A stretch of DNA of 63,939 nucleotides, counting the filler, from Octopus bimaculoides (Eukaryota): assembly GCF_001194135.2 (NCBI RefSeq). It is 6 parts of 5 records of this genome, joined end to end, with 100 filler letters (N's around TTAATTAATTAA, not from the genome) between each part and the next. Parts side by side here need not be neighbours in the genome. Positions count along the whole stretch, not along the records: positions 61,788 to 63,939 come from NC_068993.1; 5 more parts are not named here. The stretch is one strand, 5' to 3'. Numbering within the stretch: position 1 is the stretch's first letter; every line of letters begins with the position of its first letter. This document shows positions 62,198 through 63,939 of the stretch, piece by piece. Both the position numbers and the translations under genes were made by a program. Under the pieces are notes generated by a model. That model was not told the DNA's origin. It worked only from the letters and a program-made list of their open reading frames with translations, and made no database searches.

Positions 62198-62514
62198 TCT
62201 CCCAGACGTTACCCATTACAATTCGTCTTGGCCTAACGGCCCTAAACGTTAGTTTTCGTCGATCGTTTCTGTACGTCCACTCTGATGTCGTTTGTTCGTT
62301 CGAAGCCCTAACTCACCACAAATTTTATATTTTTAAAACTTCTGGATGCTGCTGTCTTATGAAGTTTTCCTGTCTTGCCGTTAAAAGCACAAAACAGGTA
62401 GTAATAAACAGTCTACATCTGATGAGTTAGACTTCTTTTGGTATTTTGTACCGTACTTGTCTCTCGTTGTGTGTTTATGCATTCTCACTTTATGGCGATG
62501 TCCTGTACTTCATA

Positions 62515-62995
62515 TGTACAGTACTTGGAAGGAAGGTGAATAGCGTTTGATCGTTACATTGACCATGACAGAGAAAGTTGTCAGGGCGATATCTGTTGAG
62601 AGGCATACGCAAAGTTCCAGAAAGTGTGTGGAGAGGAGTGTATGAGCCGCACACGAGTGTACTAGGGGTTCAGACGTTTCCAAGAGGGCCGAAAGAAATT
62701 TAGATATTGACAAACGTTCTGGGAGACTCGTAACCAGCAGAACTGAGAAAAACATCGCAGATGTGCGTGCAGTTGTGAGGGGAAATTGTCGAATCACCAT
62801 CTGTGAATTATCAGAGGATGTTCAGATTAGTTACGGTTCAATTCAATCCATTATCACTGACGATTTGAGTATGAGACGCGTGCCTTCCAAGTTTGTACCA
62901 AAACTGCTTTCAGCTGACCAAGAAGATACTAGGGTTTCAGTTGTACAAGATCTCCTTGATTGTGTTGAGAACGATGAAAACTTTTTGAAAACTTT
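62515..62995 (+). mobile_element. Mariner transposase N-terminal fragment
   Basis: DKRSGRLVTSRTEKNIADVRAVVRGNCRITICELSEDVQISYGSIQSIITDDLSMRRVPSKFVPKLLSADQ...CVENDENFLKT (mariner HTH plus linker). Confidence 0.88.
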
Positions 62996-63256
62996 GCGTG
63001 GGCCTCTGAGCAGGTATCGCCAAGCTTTTGATGCAGATTCTCTGCTCAACTTTCTCTGTCATGTTCAATGCAACGATCATACGCTACACACCTCTTCCAA
63101 GCACTGCTGAAAACAGCAGACGTGAGCTGGAACGTTCAAATTTAGTGCGTATGCACAGCAAAGTTCAAAGTTAATCTGTGCCAAGCGGCTTTACTCTGCG
63201 TGCTTTAATTTCGTTACTTTGGCAACAGTACGGATACTTATTGATCAAACAATGTA
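62980..63256 (-). mobile_element. Second mariner 5' end with TIR, inverted relative to 62515-62995
   Basis: Minus strand reads TIR-like TACATTGTTTGATCAATAAGTATCCGTACTGTTGCC...ATGACAGAGAAAGTTGAGCAGAGAATCTGCATC (MTEKVEQRICI); 63062-63108 is the inverted counterpart of 62517-62562. Confidence 0.8.
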
Positions 63257-63939
63257 TGTAGACATAAAAAAGATTATTCTTCAGAATCTAATTTCTGTAA
63301 TAAAGAAAAAAAGGTCGCTAAAACATACGAATGATCACTTGCATGTGTATGTGCGTGTGTGTGTGCGTGTGTGTGTGCGTGTGTGTGCGCGCGCGCGCGT
63401 TTGTGTGTATGTGTGTGTGTGTGTGTGTGCCTGTGTGTGTGCCTGTGTATGTTGGTGGGTGTATGAGAATGTGGGAGCTAACGTGACAGGAACTTCATTT
63501 ACCCACGTTCAATAATATCCTGAATTGTTTATAAAGTCCACCCGATATCTACCCAGCATTATATACATCCCATTGCAATTATGGCAGTAGTCATTATGTA
63601 CAAACGCAAATATATACACCCACGCACACATACACATAGACACTCTAGCACACACGGACTCACACTTACACTTACGCACACACACCCAATCACACACGCA
63701 CATGCTCACCCATACAGGAATATACATGTTTAAAACTATTTGTGCATGTTTATATACTTATTTATATATGGAAGTATAAAATGTTATATATATTTATATA
63801 CAATTGTGTGTGTGTGTATGTGTGTGTGTGTGTACGTTATGTGCGCTCACAAACAATAAATACACACACGTGTTTATACACATATACACAGATGTAAATA
63901 TATATATCTATATGTGTGGGTGTGTATATATATATATAT

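Overview
AT-rich, gap-ridden animal genomic DNA with no complete protein-coding gene recognisable. The repeat landscape (tRNA-derived SINE families with internal (TA)n, RTE-, R4/Dong-, Tx1/L1- and CR1-type LINE remnants, Tc1/mariner and Penelope-like fragments, dense microsatellites) suggests a coleoid cephalopod such as Octopus; this is an inference that was not checked against a database. Five 100-bp 44N-TTAATTAATTAA-44N linkers show the window is six scaffolds joined artificially, so long-range adjacency is uncertain. The most interesting signal is a set of type I hammerhead ribozyme motifs from several unrelated repeat families. One (57895-57964, minus) has a fully intact catalytic core. 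Two others lie in a ~356-bp ORF-less monomer present as 1.3 forward plus 1.2 inverted copies (28217-29106), inserted into a SINE with a 13-bp target-site duplication. That layout fits a retrozyme or Penelope pseudo-LTR copied by twin priming from a circular or multimeric RNA. Other points: a candidate host exon at 40240-40694 (minus), a Tc1 split into complementary halves with a GIY-YIG fragment fused in frame to one half, a SINE tail resembling a Tx1-like LINE 3' end, and several hairpins. Coordinates and alignments were read by eye and are approximate at element edges.
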